This document shows, piece after piece, positions 63,540 to 64,000 of a stretch of 64,000 bases of DNA. The position numbers and the translations under genes were made by a program. Within the stretch, counting starts at the first letter, position 1. Each line of letters begins with the position of its first letter. Below the pieces are notes generated by a model that had not been told where the DNA came from, ran no database searches, and saw only the letters and a list, made by a program, of their open reading frames with translations. Location of the stretch: assembly GCF_018977255.1 (NCBI RefSeq), contig NW_024704743.1, forward strand, positions 13,084,001 through 13,148,000, given 5' to 3'. This DNA is from Callorhinchus milii. Taxonomy: Eukaryota.

Positions 63540-64000
63540 TGGCAGGCTTCCCCCCCACCCTGTGCAGAGCTGATGGTCGGGGGGGGGGCAGCGCCGCGGC
63601 CCTGCGGCTCCTGGTCAGTCAGACCCAGTCAGTCCGCTGGTCAATCCGGAAGTAGTCGGGCTGCCGCGGTTCAGAGAAAACGGGAAGACACCGGATCAGC
63701 GGAGAGAGAGAGAGAGAGAGAGAGATGGCAAAGCGGCCACGGGAGCGGGACTGACCTGGTGCATTGGCCCTGGAAACGATCGACCGGTTCAGACTAAAGC
63801 CAGAGCCTCTGCTCTGCTCTCATCCCCCCACTCCCCCCCTCTCCCTCCCACTCCCTCCCAGAACAACACAATTCCACATCTTACCGCCGCAATTTATTTC
63901 ATACAGTACCACAAAATAACAATGCAGAGCTTTGCACTCATTGTGATCCCTCGGTTGGTTGGTTGGTTGGTGGGACTGGACGGGGTGGGGTGGGGTGGGG
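63540..64000 (-). promoter_or_regulatory. CpG-rich promoter or first-exon region
   Basis: Dense CpG at 63575-63790; ETS/GABP motif CCGGAAGT at 63646-63653; (GA)n, (TTGG)n and (GGGGT)n GT-boxes; minus-strand donors CAG|GTCAGT (63755) and GCG|GTAAGA (63884). Confidence 0.6.
63885..64000 (-). other. Candidate 5'UTR first exon containing a 15-codon uORF
   Basis: Donor at 63884; ATG AGT GCA AAG...ATG AAA TAA = MSAKLCIVILWYCMK*. Confidence 0.4.

Noticed and set aside
61741..63655. Six long ORFs of 251-610 aa (Pro/Cys-rich and Gly-rich)
   Set aside because: The minisatellite unit has no stop codon in any frame, so these ORFs are artefacts of the repeat

Overview
This is AT-rich vertebrate non-coding DNA, most likely from a cartilaginous fish and possibly a chimaera. 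That assignment is inferred from the repeats: a tRNA-headed SINE with an L2-type tail, Deu-domain SINEs, CR1 LINEs with an esterase ORF1, and L2 LINEs. I could not recognise any cellular protein-coding exon. The long ORFs are either LINE remnants or stop-free read-throughs of a minisatellite. The right end (63.5-64 kb) looks like a CpG-rich promoter or first-exon region with minus-strand splice donors, next to a 1.7-kb strand-asymmetric minisatellite. The window is therefore probably the 5' intron(s) of an unidentified minus-strand gene, with several candidate small or alternative first exons. The most unusual signals are recurrent local, near-perfect inverted duplications: 93-bp arms at a SINE 5' junction, a perfect 64-bp inverted copy inside a Deu-SINE, a 35-bp-stem fold-back hairpin, and a pair of inverted SINE tails sharing private variants. 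Also notable are a CR1 whose ORF1 is fused directly to its 3' end, a CR1/L2 chimeric ORF, and visible SINE subfamily evolution. I found no CRISPR, rRNA, true tRNA gene or prokaryote-type system. Repeat boundaries are approximate (read by eye).
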